A DNA stretch of 63,720 nt, counting the filler, from Rhabdomonas costata (lineage: Eukaryota), in NCBI GenBank assembly GCA_019059605.1. It is 36 parts of 36 records of this genome, joined end to end, with 100 filler letters (N's around TTAATTAATTAA, not from the genome) between each part and the next. Parts side by side here need not be neighbours in the genome. Positions count along the whole stretch, not along the records: positions 24,829 to 26,503 come from JAHMHO010010888.1; positions 26,604 to 28,276 come from JAHMHO010010889.1; positions 28,377 to 30,049 come from JAHMHO010010890.1; positions 30,150 to 31,822 come from JAHMHO010010891.1; positions 31,923 to 33,595 come from JAHMHO010010892.1; positions 33,696 to 35,363 come from JAHMHO010010893.1; positions 35,464 to 37,136 come from JAHMHO010010894.1; positions 37,237 to 38,909 come from JAHMHO010010895.1; 28 more parts are not named here. One strand, given 5' to 3'. The first letter of the stretch is position 1. Each line of letters begins with the position of its first letter. Shown here in pieces: positions 26,385-37,699 of the stretch. The position numbers were made by a program, and so were the translations under genes. A model generated the notes under the pieces. The model made no database searches. It saw only the letters and a list, made by a program, of their open reading frames with translations, and was not told where the DNA came from.

Positions 26385-26499
26385 CCCCAGCCCCCCAAGG
26401 AAGGAGTGTGGAATCGCAGAGACCTGAGCCGCAATGGAGCAATGCAGGTAGCCGGTGGAAAAGAGCAGCTGCGCGACAATGGCCCGGGACCCGTGGGGC
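26385..26499 (+). repeat. Second copy of the dispersed element in contig 1
   Basis: Aligns by eye to the reverse complement of 81-196, sharing blocks such as CCCCAGCCCCCCAAGGAAGGAGTGTGGA, GGAAAAGAGCAGCTGCGC and ACAATGGCCCGGGACC. Confidence 0.9.
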
Positions 26500-27276
26500 A
26501 GATNNNNNNNNNNNNNNNNNNNNNNNNNNNNNNNNNNNNNNNNNNNNTTAATTAATTAANNNNNNNNNNNNNNNNNNNNNNNNNNNNNNNNNNNNNNNNN
26601 NNNGGTGGTTTGTCAGTGCGTAAAGGTCGGGAAGACGGGATCTGAGGGATGTAATTGTGACGGGTGGCGGTGCAGGAGAAGGCCGCCGGACAAATCTTAG
26701 GTAGCGGGAAGCAGTACAGCAGGAGAAAAGGACAACAATGCTTGCAAGACAAAAACATAAGGCGGTGATGTGAGCATCATTCTGGGTAGGAGCTTCTCTA
26801 ACGAGGCTTGGATGCAGAGAAGCACTTGCATTAAGGCGTTACCCGGGAGCGCAAAGGGTGCCAAGCAATTTCGTGGCATTGCTTTGATAATGCGGATTGC
26901 CACATTGCCTTTTTATACATGATAAGTTGGAGTTACATGGGACCCAATTCCCGAACCCACTTGCACCCATCATGAGCAAAGGAGTGATCAACAAAATCGA
27001 AAACTCCTCACAGATATTCGAGCGTCAAGTGGCGTAAACCCTCGCGATCTCCTTCCAAATTCAAAGCGTTTGTAAGCGGATCGTACGAAGAAGCTCTTGG
27101 AAACGCATCGGTAACTCTCGGAAACTGGTCTTCAGTGCCCTTGCATTTCGCTTCTTTATCAGTTGGGCGCTCCTGAAAGGGGCAAAGGTCGAGCGAGCCT
27201 GGACGAGAATCAGCGGCACATTAGCCGAAGGCAATGCTGGAGGCGTAGGTTTCAGGATTCACTGGCGCAGCTCCAG

Positions 27277-28047
27277 TCAGGAAGATGGCTTTGGGCCTAC
27301 AATACGTCCTCCCGACTGCCACTGCCACAGCTGCTGACTCCGCAGCCACTCAACAAACACGGGACGCCCCAGCTGGGCAACAAACCGTGGGTCCCTGAGC
27401 TGCCCCAGCATGTAGAGAGCCTGGGGAAACCTAAAGTAAAAAAAAGGTGAGCTGCAACAGCTGGCACGAAAAAACAGTGACCAAAATTTGAACCGTCCTA
27501 TGCAACCGAGCTTTTTTCAAGTGTCACCATTCAGTTGAGGTGCAAAACACTACGGCTATCCACGAACAAGCAAGTGAAGCTCTGCGAACGAAACTGCGCT
27601 AATTTGCAACGCCATTGAAAAGAGAAAAAATGACAACGAATTAACATAACCCGAAATCGCACAACCTTCGCTACCGAAATGTGTCTTGGATGCCTTCCAA
27701 CGGATATGCAACGAACGACCGAGAGTCGTCACCCATGTAGGATACTGCATTGCAGTTATGCAGCTCGAGGTGAATAACCAAGTTCGGGGTCAGGGTGGGG
27801 GTGGGAGTAGCGGAGAGATGGAGAAGTGGAAACCAGACCTCAGAAACCGCGCATATGCGGGGGTGCTCCACCGCGAGTGCAGCCTGCCCAAGTAGGCCTG
27901 GAACTGTGGGTCCTGGAGCTCCCCCCGCTGCGCTAGGAACCTCATGTACTCCACGTTGGCCAGGGCCTGCACAAACTCCAGCTCCTCCAGAAACTGAGCA
28001 GAGACTGAGCCCTCCAACGGCCCAGAGGGAGAAGGGACCCCTGCCAT
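27277..28047 (-). CDS. MED31: Mediator subunit 31 (Soh1), complete, 2 exons: 28047-27839 and 27430-27277
   Basis: QFLEELEFVQALANVEYMRFLAQRGELQDPQFQAYLGRL..W..PAYARFLR|FPQALYMLGQL....F...L....QQLWQWQ matches the Med31 signature (ELEFVQCLANP-YL-FLAQ...YP-CL--L--L). The GT-AG intron is in phase. Confidence 0.93.
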
Positions 28048-29272
28048 TGTCGCAAGGTTAGTCAAACTCAAAGTCAGCAAACCACACTGTGGTGAAACAG
28101 TTCTGCTTGGGGAAAACGCAAGCCACCGGCTGGCAGAACGCCCAGCCAGAAACGACCGAAGCTCCACACTTTTTTCCGCGAACCCCACCGAAGTTCTTGT
28201 CCGAGCACTCACCGATACGGATGAAACCTTTGAAACCGAGAGCAAGACACAGATAGGGATTTCCTAACCCCCCCCCNNNNNNNNNNNNNNNNNNNNNNNN
28301 NNNNNNNNNNNNNNNNNNNNTTAATTAATTAANNNNNNNNNNNNNNNNNNNNNNNNNNNNNNNNNNNNNNNNNNNNGCACTTCCGAAGGAAGAGGCTGCA
28401 CAGAGCTTGGGACGCGGGATGCCATTCTGAACAGACGGAGTCGCGAGAAGCCTGCACAAAAAGGACAAGATTGCTGGCAAGATCACCGCCGCCGGGATAA
28501 ATCTGGCTGAGCTGGTCTCCAGAGAAGGCGTCCGCTAAGTTCTAGCAGTTCATCAAAATCTCAACAACTGAAATGCTCCTTCACGTTTGAAATAAAAACA
28601 AACTCCGTCCTGGAAGCTGCGGGCAAAGTGACACCTACACCCAGCCGCTTTGAGGGTACGAGAGCACCAGAAGTCGTACGGCCGAAATTCGGGGCAACGC
28701 GGGTTTTCACGTCTCAACACACACACAATTTGAGGTGGTGCCTGGAATCGCGTCGAGACGTTATACGCAAACACCCTATGCATGAACTTCTGCATTCCTC
28801 GTGTGGGGTCCTCACGGGAGCTTACGAACCTCTCGGGTGCATATGAGACACTATGCAAGAAAAAAGTCTTCTGTATCGTTTAATGGGACGTCGGAAACGG
28901 AAAGCGGAAAGGATCTTGAGGGGGGCTACAATGGTTCACAGCGGATTCGGGAATAACTCGTGACGCAGTACCAGTGAAAGACATGTTGACGGTGGTTGTG
29001 AAAATAACCCCACTCATCCCCCTCAATGAAGAATCGCTCCTAGAGCAAAGTGAACTTGCGTATCCAATGGAAAACGCCCAGCATGATGTACCATTCAGCA
29101 AAGCTCGGTGCATAGTTTCAAAAGACACAAGACTTCTTGTCGGGATGAAACAAAAGAATTCGTATGGCAAGGGAGGAAAAAGAGTGTGCGCAAGAAACGA
29201 ACAAAACTGATATCAAAAAGCCCCTGAAGCAATAAAGCGATTTTTGTCCAAGGTGTTGGGCATCGACTGGCG

Positions 29273-30049
29273 TCACAGAAACGGATGGCAAATCTTCTGG
29301 GTAAGCTCGATCCGGGAAGCGCAGCTTGAAAGCCCTTCGAATACCTTTGTTTTAGGTTTGGACCTCAGAACTTGATGGAATCTCGACAAGGGGTATTTCA
29401 GAACCGGCACGCCTTCAGAGGAGAAATAAAATGCGTCAAGGGGTCCACGAATTGTCCGGGCATCGGCCATCCCAATCCTCATCACATCCCCGAGCGAAGC
29501 GCTAGCTGGGAACTCGCCCTGCTCGTCCCATCCGCGACCCATCAACGACACAAAGAAGCACCGCCCTTCGATCGGACGAGGCCTTGAGCCCAGGAGGTAC
29601 ACAGCCCCATACAAAGTGACTGACGGGAAGTCAACCTCATGAGTTGCCCGCCAACGCTCCCAACCAGCCCTAATGTCAGCGATGTGTTGGTCCAGGGGAA
29701 GTAAACTCCTGTTAAAGATAATGCTTCCGGCACCTCCAAAAATATTGCACTCCAAGGAGAGCACCAGAGCTGGGGTAAACCAATTCCAGTAAACCCTCTC
29801 CCTGGCATCCAGCTTGTCGCGAATACTGCGGAGAGTGGCCCCAGACCGGATCTCTTCTTCAAGGCAAGTGTGAGAGCGACCATGTGCGCTGCGAAAAATG
29901 CGAATGCATGTCGGCATATCCTTTGGAATGGGTCCCGGGATCTCAAAGGCCCAGCAAACAACCTTCCGCAGCGGAGTGTCCAGGGGTATTCGAAGGACAA
30001 AGGTTTGGTCGCCGGAGTTCATGGTGGTCCAGTTCACAGTGAGCTGAAC
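29273..30049 (-). CDS. Uncharacterised intronless ORF of at least 254 aa, 5' end at contig edge
   Basis: Long open frame with globular composition; no family recognised. Confidence 0.5.
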   Translation of the reverse strand, partial: VQLTVNWTTMNSGDQTFVLRIPLDTPLRKVVCWAFEIPGPIPKDMPTCIRIFRSAHGRSHTCLEEEIRSGATLRSIRDKLDARERVYWNWFTPALVLSLECNIFGGAGSIIFNRSLLPLDQHIADIRAGWERWRATHEVDFPSVTLYGAVYLLGSRPRPIEGRCFFVSLMGRGWDEQGEFPASASLGDVMRIGMADARTIRGPLDAFYFSSEGVPVLKYPLSRFHQVLRSKPKTKVFEGLSSCASRIELTQKICHPFL

Positions 30050-30609
30050 NNNNNNNNNNNNNNNNNNNNNNNNNNNNNNNNNNNNNNNNNNNNTTAATTA
30101 ATTAANNNNNNNNNNNNNNNNNNNNNNNNNNNNNNNNNNNNNNNNNNNNGTTGGTGGGTGAAGAATTGTTCAGGCGTGCAGACGATCTGTTTATTGTACT
30201 GATCAATTGTGCTTAGTCGGATCATGTCAGGTCATGATTACACTATGAACACAGTCGCTGTACTTTTGTGGGTAGGGCTCAGAAAAGGCTTTGCACTGCA
30301 GCCTTGATGGACCCACGGGCAGGGTGGAGTTGAAGCTCTTTGTTTGTTTCTCACTTCTTCAGAGAGGGCGCAGAGGATGTCGGTGGCCCCTTCCGCGAGC
30401 ACATTACGGTAAGCTCCAGGCAGAAAGTCATTGTTTCATCCCTTTTCTGACCCTGTTTGTCATTGATATCTGAGTGGCGTCAAAATGTCGTTGTGCCTGT
30501 TTTTGTTTTTGTGCGTGGACCGCAACCCTTTGAGTGATTGTAAATCATGCTGCCGCTCTCTCAACCCATCCCGAACCCCCCCTCCCTCTCTTACCCTCAT
30601 TGGCCGCAG

Positions 30610-31427
30610 GAGATGTGCAATGAGCTGATGTCTGAGGCTCTCCCGCTGTTCGTGCCCACCCCGAACAACCGCGGAAACATCGGGGGCTTCCGCGACTGCT
30701 GGGTGCCGCGCAGCGGGACCCCCTCCGCACTTCGGTTGAGCATGTACGCCTTTATTGGGATGCTGATGGGGGGCGCAATCCGCTCTGGGGAGCCCCTGGG
30801 GCTGTATCTGCCTCCCCTCGTGTGGAAGGTGTGCATGTTTGCACTTGTTCGTGTGTGCGTGACACATGCATAAGCTGGTGTTTGGTGTGACAAAAAGAGG
30901 CACAAATGCAGGGCAGGTTGCATACACGCTATTGTTGGTATCTTGCGCATCCAACCCCCAACCTCAAGCCCTCGCTCTGGTGGTTGCAGATTTGACTGGA
31001 TATGGAACTAACCATTGGAGGGGTCACCATCCGAGTGGGTTTCTCTTTGAATTATTAGCCAGTGCTGATGATTTTGAGGATGAGGGCTTCCATATTACCC
31101 CAGCCGACAGCACGCCCACCAGTGCTGAGGGGAGCGGGGGTAATAGTGGGTAGGTCGGGGCTGTTTCGTCTGCAGGGCCTAGTGCGGCAGCCCCTGGACC
31201 GCTCCGACCTGGAGAGCGTGGACAAGAACTGCGTGCAAATCCTGGAGCACCTGCGGGGGATCGAGGACAGCGGTATCACAGGGGAGATGTTCGACCAGAC
31301 GTTCGCCACGGAGACCTTCACCACACCCCTGGCCGATGGGCACACCGTAGTGGAGCTGCTGCCTGGAGGACGGGCCATCCCCGTCACCTTTGACCGCCGA
31401 GAGGAGTACATCCGCCTCGTTGAGAAG
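30610..31427 (+). CDS. HECT-domain E3 ubiquitin ligase (HERC-like), 2 exons: 30610-30828 and 31176-31427
   Basis: EMCNELMSEALPLFVPTPN...YAFIGMLMGGAIRSGEPLGLYLPPLVWK|GLV..LDRSDLESVD...VVELLPGGRAIPVTFDRREEYIRLV, the HECT N-lobe motifs. Confidence 0.93.
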
Positions 31428-31982
31428 GTGCACGCGCCGTGGGCAAAGGCGCACGTCCAGTAATAAAGGGCCTTTTAGACCGAGAGACCGCCGTCATTCG
31501 CTCAACATGTTAATTTTTATAACAGCAGCGTCTAATGTGCATATTTGTGTTCCTAAAATCGCATCCCTTTTTTTCGTTTAGTCCTCTGGGGATTGATGAG
31601 CAACAAATCGCTGAAAAAATTCCGACATCAATTCATGGTGGTGGTTGGTGCATTGGATACTTGTTCATGTGTACCTTTTGTAACTGATTGGGGTAAGAAC
31701 ACCTCCTTCCGACCTTGGCTGGCTGGCTTCATCTTTTTGTCCGGGCGTCCATCTCCGCTGTTTTTCCTTTTATGATTACCACTGGTAATCGTAATTACCG
31801 CCCCCCCCCCACACACACACAANNNNNNNNNNNNNNNNNNNNNNNNNNNNNNNNNNNNNNNNNNNNTTAATTAATTAANNNNNNNNNNNNNNNNNNNNNN
31901 NNNNNNNNNNNNNNNNNNNNNNTTGTTTTGGTCTTCAAATGTTTATTTGAAGACAAAAGCAAGCAGGCAGGGCAGGCAGTAC

Positions 31983-33439
31983 CGCTGCAGCTCGGCGGCG
32001 TGGTCCTCCTGTGCCTTTCGAAACCTCTCCTCCTGCTGCGCGGCGGCCTCCTCGGCTTGCTTGCGAAGCCTGTTTTGGTACGTTTGCCGGTGCGTGCGTC
32101 TCCCTCTCGCTCTCTCTCTCTCTAATCTCGAATGGATGTTCTACATGGTGGTGTAGTGCAGTGCAGGGGGGACACAGACACGGTGTGGCACTTGGGCAGG
32201 TGGACCTGTCTCTCTCTGTGTGCTTGGGTGCCTGGGTGCTTGGACGCGCCACTCGGGGTACAAAGACACTTGCAATGGAAAGGAGGAAAGCAGTGATTGC
32301 CACCGCCTTCCTCATTATACAAGGAAAAAGTTCGTGGAGGCAGACCTGCGACTGCGCAGGGTTGAGGAGAACGGAACTTACGTAACCACATCCCCCTGCG
32401 CCATGGCATCGCATTCTATCCACAAGCATATTGGTTGGACGGCACTCAGAATAATCCATCCTTGAAGCCAAAAGAGCATTCCCATGCACGAGAAGAATGC
32501 AGAATGCAGATCATGACGAAAAGACAGCAGGACAGCGCCGACAATCCACGGCGCGCGCATATTCACACCGCTCAGCCTCTGCGGCGTGCTCCTGCTGGGC
32601 CTGGCGAAGCTTCTCCTCTTGGTGGGCGGCAGCCTCCTCGGCCTGCTTCCGCAGCCTGCAAGGACGGGAACGGGTGGTTAGTGACGACCAGTTTTTTAAC
32701 AAGCAAGCTCAACACTTGTTTACCCTCTACCCAACCCACATGTCATTTGAAGATTTCCGCCGGGCCTGCTTAGCCCACCTGAGGGTATACCCCAGGAGTA
32801 CTTAACATGCTGTCACCGGACTGGGCCCGAATGCTTCGCTTTGTGGCTGCCCTAGAGGTGATTTTCAGAATCTACTTAAAGCAAGGCCCCGAAAGAGCCC
32901 TTCCCAGCCAATGTAAAGGCAAAAAAGCCCTCAAAAGGCCTCAAAATGGCACAAAATGACCCCCACGGCAGCCAGCCCCACTGCGATTTCAGCAAATGAA
33001 GTACTCCTGGGCTTCATACTCAGGTGCGCTGCCTGCCTACCTGCCTGCAAAACACCATCACCCAAAGGAATGGTAAAGCAGCCAGAAGTTGGGAAGCTGC
33101 CAGTAAGCAAAATTCAAAGATAGAAAGGTCTGGTCTGGTCCGGATTGGGTCTCAGGGCCGATATGCGAGGCCACCCAACAAATTGAATGAAGATTGAGTA
33201 AAGAGTCGAAGAAGATGATCCTACTGCTCCTTCCCCCTCATGTCGGGGTGACCCCAGACGATGAAATTGGTGCAGGTGCAGGCGGAAACCCAAAGAAGAA
33301 GATCGACCGGTACGGCTGGGAGAGCCCCACCGCACCCATCACCACCACGCACCTCTCCTGCTCCTCGGCGGCCTCTTGCTGCAGCTGCCGCAGTCTTGCC
33401 TCATTCTGCGCAGCCGTCTCCTCGGCCTTCTGGCGGAGC
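31983..33439 (-). CDS. Coiled-coil repeat protein with three paralogous 87-nt exons: 33439-33353, 32655-32569, 32069-31983
   Basis: Each exon is AG/GT bounded, phase 2-2, and encodes a 29-aa unit such as RLRKQAEEAAAHQEEKLRQAQQEHAAEAE. Confidence 0.85.
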
Positions 33440-33696
33440 CTTTGGGAGAGAATGAAGGAGAGGTGTGATGTACAAAAAAAATAAGTGAGCGTGAAGAAAA
33501 AAAGTAGGTTCGTTGCCTAAAACGGGTCCAACCCTGAATGTTGAGGTGCATTCCATCTTCTCACATCTCAAGTCCACAATAATAGATGGAAAACANNNNN
33601 NNNNNNNNNNNNNNNNNNNNNNNNNNNNNNNNNNNNNNNTTAATTAATTAANNNNNNNNNNNNNNNNNNNNNNNNNNNNNNNNNNNNNNNNNNNNT

Positions 33697-33978
33697 GTTT
33701 ACAGCAACGCCCTGCTGGTTGACACGAAAGCTTACCAATTAACTGCCCATACGCACCAGTTTCCAACGCATCCGGGAAACGTGCCTGCTGTGTTTTTCCG
33801 CTACCAGCTTTCGCCGATAACAGTGCGGTTTCTGAAACGGAAAAAGAGCTTGGCTCACTTTCTGACGTACGTATGTGCGATCGTTGGAGGGGTATTCACG
33901 GTGGCCGGCCTTTTAAACTCTTTGCTTCAGTCAACTATCGTTGCGTTCCAGAAAAATGTGCTCGGCAAGAAGAGCTGA
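33697..33978 (+). CDS. ERGIC3/Erv46-family COPII vesicle protein, C-terminus
   Basis: VPAVFFRYQLSPITVRF...SLAHFLTYVCAIVGGVFTVAGLLNS...LGKKS*, the COPIIcoated_ERV C-terminal motif with its TM helix and basic tail. Confidence 0.92.
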   Translation, partial: VYSNALLVDTKAYQLTAHTHQFPTHPGNVPAVFFRYQLSPITVRFLKRKKSLAHFLTYVCAIVGGVFTVAGLLNSLLQSTIVAFQKNVLGKKS

Positions 33979-35296
33979 AGCAGGCATCGCGTGCAGGGTT
34001 GAGCACTGCATCCTTTCTTCTGTTTTTGGTGCCCTTGCTCCGTTCATTTTGACTGCGACTGCTGTTAGCAAAGTTGGCAAATCTATTTCTATTTCTGTTG
34101 CGATCTTTTCTGCTGTTCTTCCAATACGGTGATGGGCAGAGCGCTTTGCTGAACTTGTTTTAAAAGATCAGCAGTAGCAGCACCACAAGGTTGGCCTGTG
34201 CGTCAATTGAATTCCGAACTAATTCCAAAGTGCAAGTTTTCAGAGCTGCAATTTTGCAACTTGGAACTAGAATCGGAAGGAAGACGCAATAAACTCCTCC
34301 TTCTCCCCGCCAATAGTGTCCACGGCACCCAACTGAAGCCTCTCAAACCCCTTCCTTGCCATCAACCATCCCTTTCACCCTCCTAGCCCACGAGTCTTGA
34401 GTACCCAGTTTGACGGTCAAATTTATGCCTCCCACCATCCTTCTGACGTGTGTGATTGCTTTCGAGTTTCCACACACGGAAGCGCGCGCGAATACAGGAA
34501 AACAAAGGGAGACTTCAATAGCAAAACCAACATGCGCACGACAGAAGCAACCATCTCGCTGCTTCCTTGCTGTTTTCCGTCGCCTGCCCCCTGCTGACTC
34601 CCTGGTGCCGCCGTCAAACGCGCAGCAACACCCCCACTTCTCAGCCATTTATTACCCCTTTGATTTACGTGAACTTCTCTTCTCTTCTTTCTGCACAAAG
34701 CCGTGTGCGGGAAAACCTTTGTCCATTCGTAGAAAACCTCCGTTGGAAAACTTCTCCGGTAAGGAATATTGGTTAACCTCGAAAAATCGGAATATGAAAA
34801 AGGCAGGATTCCGACACGTCGGTTGGTTGCGCGGTAGCGGCAAAAGCTAAAAGGACGTCAGCGGAAGTGGCACCGGCCAACCGGCCCTCCATCTCTCTGC
34901 TTGTGGTGGGGTTCCTCCGGGCAGGTCTCGCCGCATATGCCTTTCCCCGATCTCCAACCCAAAGCGAAGGATGTGGAAGGGGCACACGACTGCACACACC
35001 CTGTCCTGTGTAACCCGGATGCGTTCCCACCCAAACCCACCTCCCCACACTCTGCCGGGCCCTCCTGGTCTCTGCTCGGCTCTGGCCTGCGGCTCTGCGG
35101 GGGCACCTCTGTGCCAATAAAAGTCGAAAATAAGGAGGAAAACACTCTGGAAAACAAAGCGACCTGACGATTTTTGGATTTCTTTAACACCTATCATAAA
35201 ATTTGAAATCCTAGACAAAGAAGGGACCATAACCTTTCAAACCGCCGCTTTGTAACACACTGTCACGGACACCGCGGGCAACCAGGAATCAGACAT

Positions 35297-35363
35297 GGCC
35301 GGTCTTATGTCTGAGTGGTCTGGGGACCGGGCTCGTGGCTGCAAGGTCGCGGGTTCGATTCCC
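35297..35363 (+). pseudogene. tRNA-like sequence (tRNA pseudogene or tRNA-derived SINE head), truncated by the contig end
   Basis: A-box-like TGTCTGAGTGG (35308-35318) and B-box GGTTCGATTCC (35352-35362) at tRNA spacing. The anticodon stem does not pair. Confidence 0.55.
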
Positions 35364-35700
35364 NNNNNNNNNNNNNNNNNNNNNNNNNNNNNNNNNNNNN
35401 NNNNNNNTTAATTAATTAANNNNNNNNNNNNNNNNNNNNNNNNNNNNNNNNNNNNNNNNNNNNCGTCATTTGCAAGCCCCTAACGATCTAGGAGAGTTCG
35501 GAGACCCTGAAAGGACCTCCTAGAGCGATAAGAGAGTCATAGAACACGGACACCAAGGTAGGATGATGCCCAGCGTGTACCTGACTGGACATCTTTTAGG
35601 CTACCTAGCTGGGCCGGACCTAGCTGGGCCGGGTTACGGTCAAGTGGGGGCTGCCTGCTGAAGCGAAACGCCGCGTTTTATCTTGTCGTCGGTTGCTCAG

Positions 35701-35867
35701 AGATCAGACCACCTCTGCCAACTACAGTTGGCAGCTCCGCTGCGAGTGCGGTTCCGCAGCAGCAGCAGCAGCAGCAGCAGTCTGTGCTCAGCAAGAAGCA
35801 GCAGAAGCGGGCGGCAAAGCATGATAAGAAGAATCAACATACGGCTTCTGCACAGTCGGCAACATGA
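35701..35867 (+). CDS. Probable terminal exon with a polyQ tract, (CAG)8 at 35757-35780
   Basis: After a CAG acceptor: IRPPLPTTVGSSAASAVPQQQQQQQQSVLSKKQQKRAAKHDKKNQHTASAQSAT*. Confidence 0.4.
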
Positions 35868-36727
35868 ATGAAGTTTCGGGGTGTTGTGGTGGGTCTTTGA
35901 GGTGAGACTATCTTTGTAGCTCATCAGCGGAGTGTTGAATTCTGGGGAATTCCAGTGTTTGGAACTCATTGACGAAGCGCATCGGGACTTCGGGAACTGG
36001 CATTGTTTTTTTGCTCCCTTTTTGTGACTTTTTGTGAGTACGTTGTACTTTGTCTCTTGAGCTTTGCATGTCAGACTATTGAAGCTGTTGAAGTGTCAGT
36101 ATCCTTCACGTGGAGCATCCTTCACCGCTTTTTCCGCTCATATGCACTGTCCTTTTGCATGTTAATCGCCTATCAACGACGTTGATTTCTGCCTCGCTGT
36201 CGTGGGCGGGTGTTTCCTCATTTCATTACGCCTTCCCCGCAGTCTCAAAAGCGAAAGTAACCTGTGTTTTTGTTTTTGTTTGTAAATTTTATGCGTGCGT
36301 TGCTGGTAATGTTCCAGAGTGGTTGAAAACCCTGCCTCCAGAATTGGGCGAACGACTGAATATGGGCGCCGTGTGGGCTCCTATCACAGAGCTGCTCCAC
36401 AATTGACACAAAATTGACATGGCACGCCTCTGCTGCTGTGGGATTTGGATGGGATTGTGCATCCCTCCCCCGTCTTCCCTTGAACACTTACCTAGCTCAG
36501 AAGAGAGAGATAAAGCGCACCCCAGGGAGAGAGAGAATGTGGAGGATTTGTTTCTATTTATAGACATTTGGCACGCCCTCACATACAGATGCATAACGGA
36601 TAGCCCATACGGATCTTGCTGTTCCGGCTCACCTTCCTCTTTCGGTGAAGAGCACTCCACATTCTGGTCAGAGCGGATCCGTTCTCTTCTCTTTATTTTT
36701 CCAGCCACTGCCTCTTTTCTCCTCCCA

Positions 36728-37102
36728 ATGAGGGCCCGCGTTGCTATGGCCGCGCTCGGGGTGGGCGTCTTGGCGGGGATCATTGCCCTCAGCCGACGCT
36801 CCGCTCGCCCCGCGTTGCGGGCCTTCACCACGACCGCGCGCAGGCATGTCAACCGGGACCTGTACCACCTTCCCCCGGACAGCTACTGCTACCGCGAGAA
36901 CCCCTTGTGGGACGAGAAGACGTTCCCCGCGGCCCTGCAGCAGGCCCACAACACCCGCCGCGGGGTCTGGGGGGAGCTCACCGTGCTGTCGGGGAAGCTG
37001 AAGTTCCACTTCCTGGGAGAGGGCAAGGATGGTCCTGTGACGGCGAGCTACGAGGTGGCTGAGGGCGATGTCCTTGTTGTGGAGCAGCAAGTGTATCACA
37101 AG
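36728..37102 (+). CDS. DUF1971 (YeaR / TehB N-terminal cupin) protein with an N-terminal presequence, first exon
   Basis: LPPDSYCYRENPLWDEKTFPAALQQAHNTRRGVWGELTVLSGKLKF...VEQQVYHK matches the DUF1971 pattern (W----LP--L---HNT--G-W--L-V--G-L). It is preceded by an Arg/Ala-rich acid-free leader and ends at a GT donor. Confidence 0.85.
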
Positions 37103-37699
37103 GTGTGCCTCTGAAAATGGAGTACTGCACAACAAANNNNNNNNNNNNNNNNNNNNNNNNNNNNNNNNNNNNNNNNNNNNTTAATTAATTAANNNNNNNN
37201 NNNNNNNNNNNNNNNNNNNNNNNNNNNNNNNNNNNNGTTGTGGGGGCACAGTTCAATCTGGGCTGCTGCTACAGCCAGGGAACCACGGTACCGCATCCCC
37301 GGGGCTTTCCGGAACCCCGCTTCCCTGGCTGTAGCAGCAGCCCAGATTGAACTGTGCCCCCGCATGGCCCTGTTTGGCCGCCAAGGTGTACCACCCGCTC
37401 CACCTCTAAACTAACGTTGTCCCAAGCGATCTGCGCAGTTCCGAAAAGTTGGTTATTAAACATTAACGACCCCCGAAAGAAATACAATTATCCCACACGC
37501 CTTCTTTGAGGTTGGTCCTCTTCCCCTTATTTTGCTTTTCTCTCACAATTTCTCTCACAATGTGAAACAACCTGTGCTGACTGTTTCTGCAACGCAACAG
37601 TAAGCACAGGTTCTCTCACAATGTGAAACAACCTGTGCTTACTGTTGCGTTGCAGAAACAGTCGCCCCATCGCTTATGTTTTCTGGTTGGGTTGCGCAG

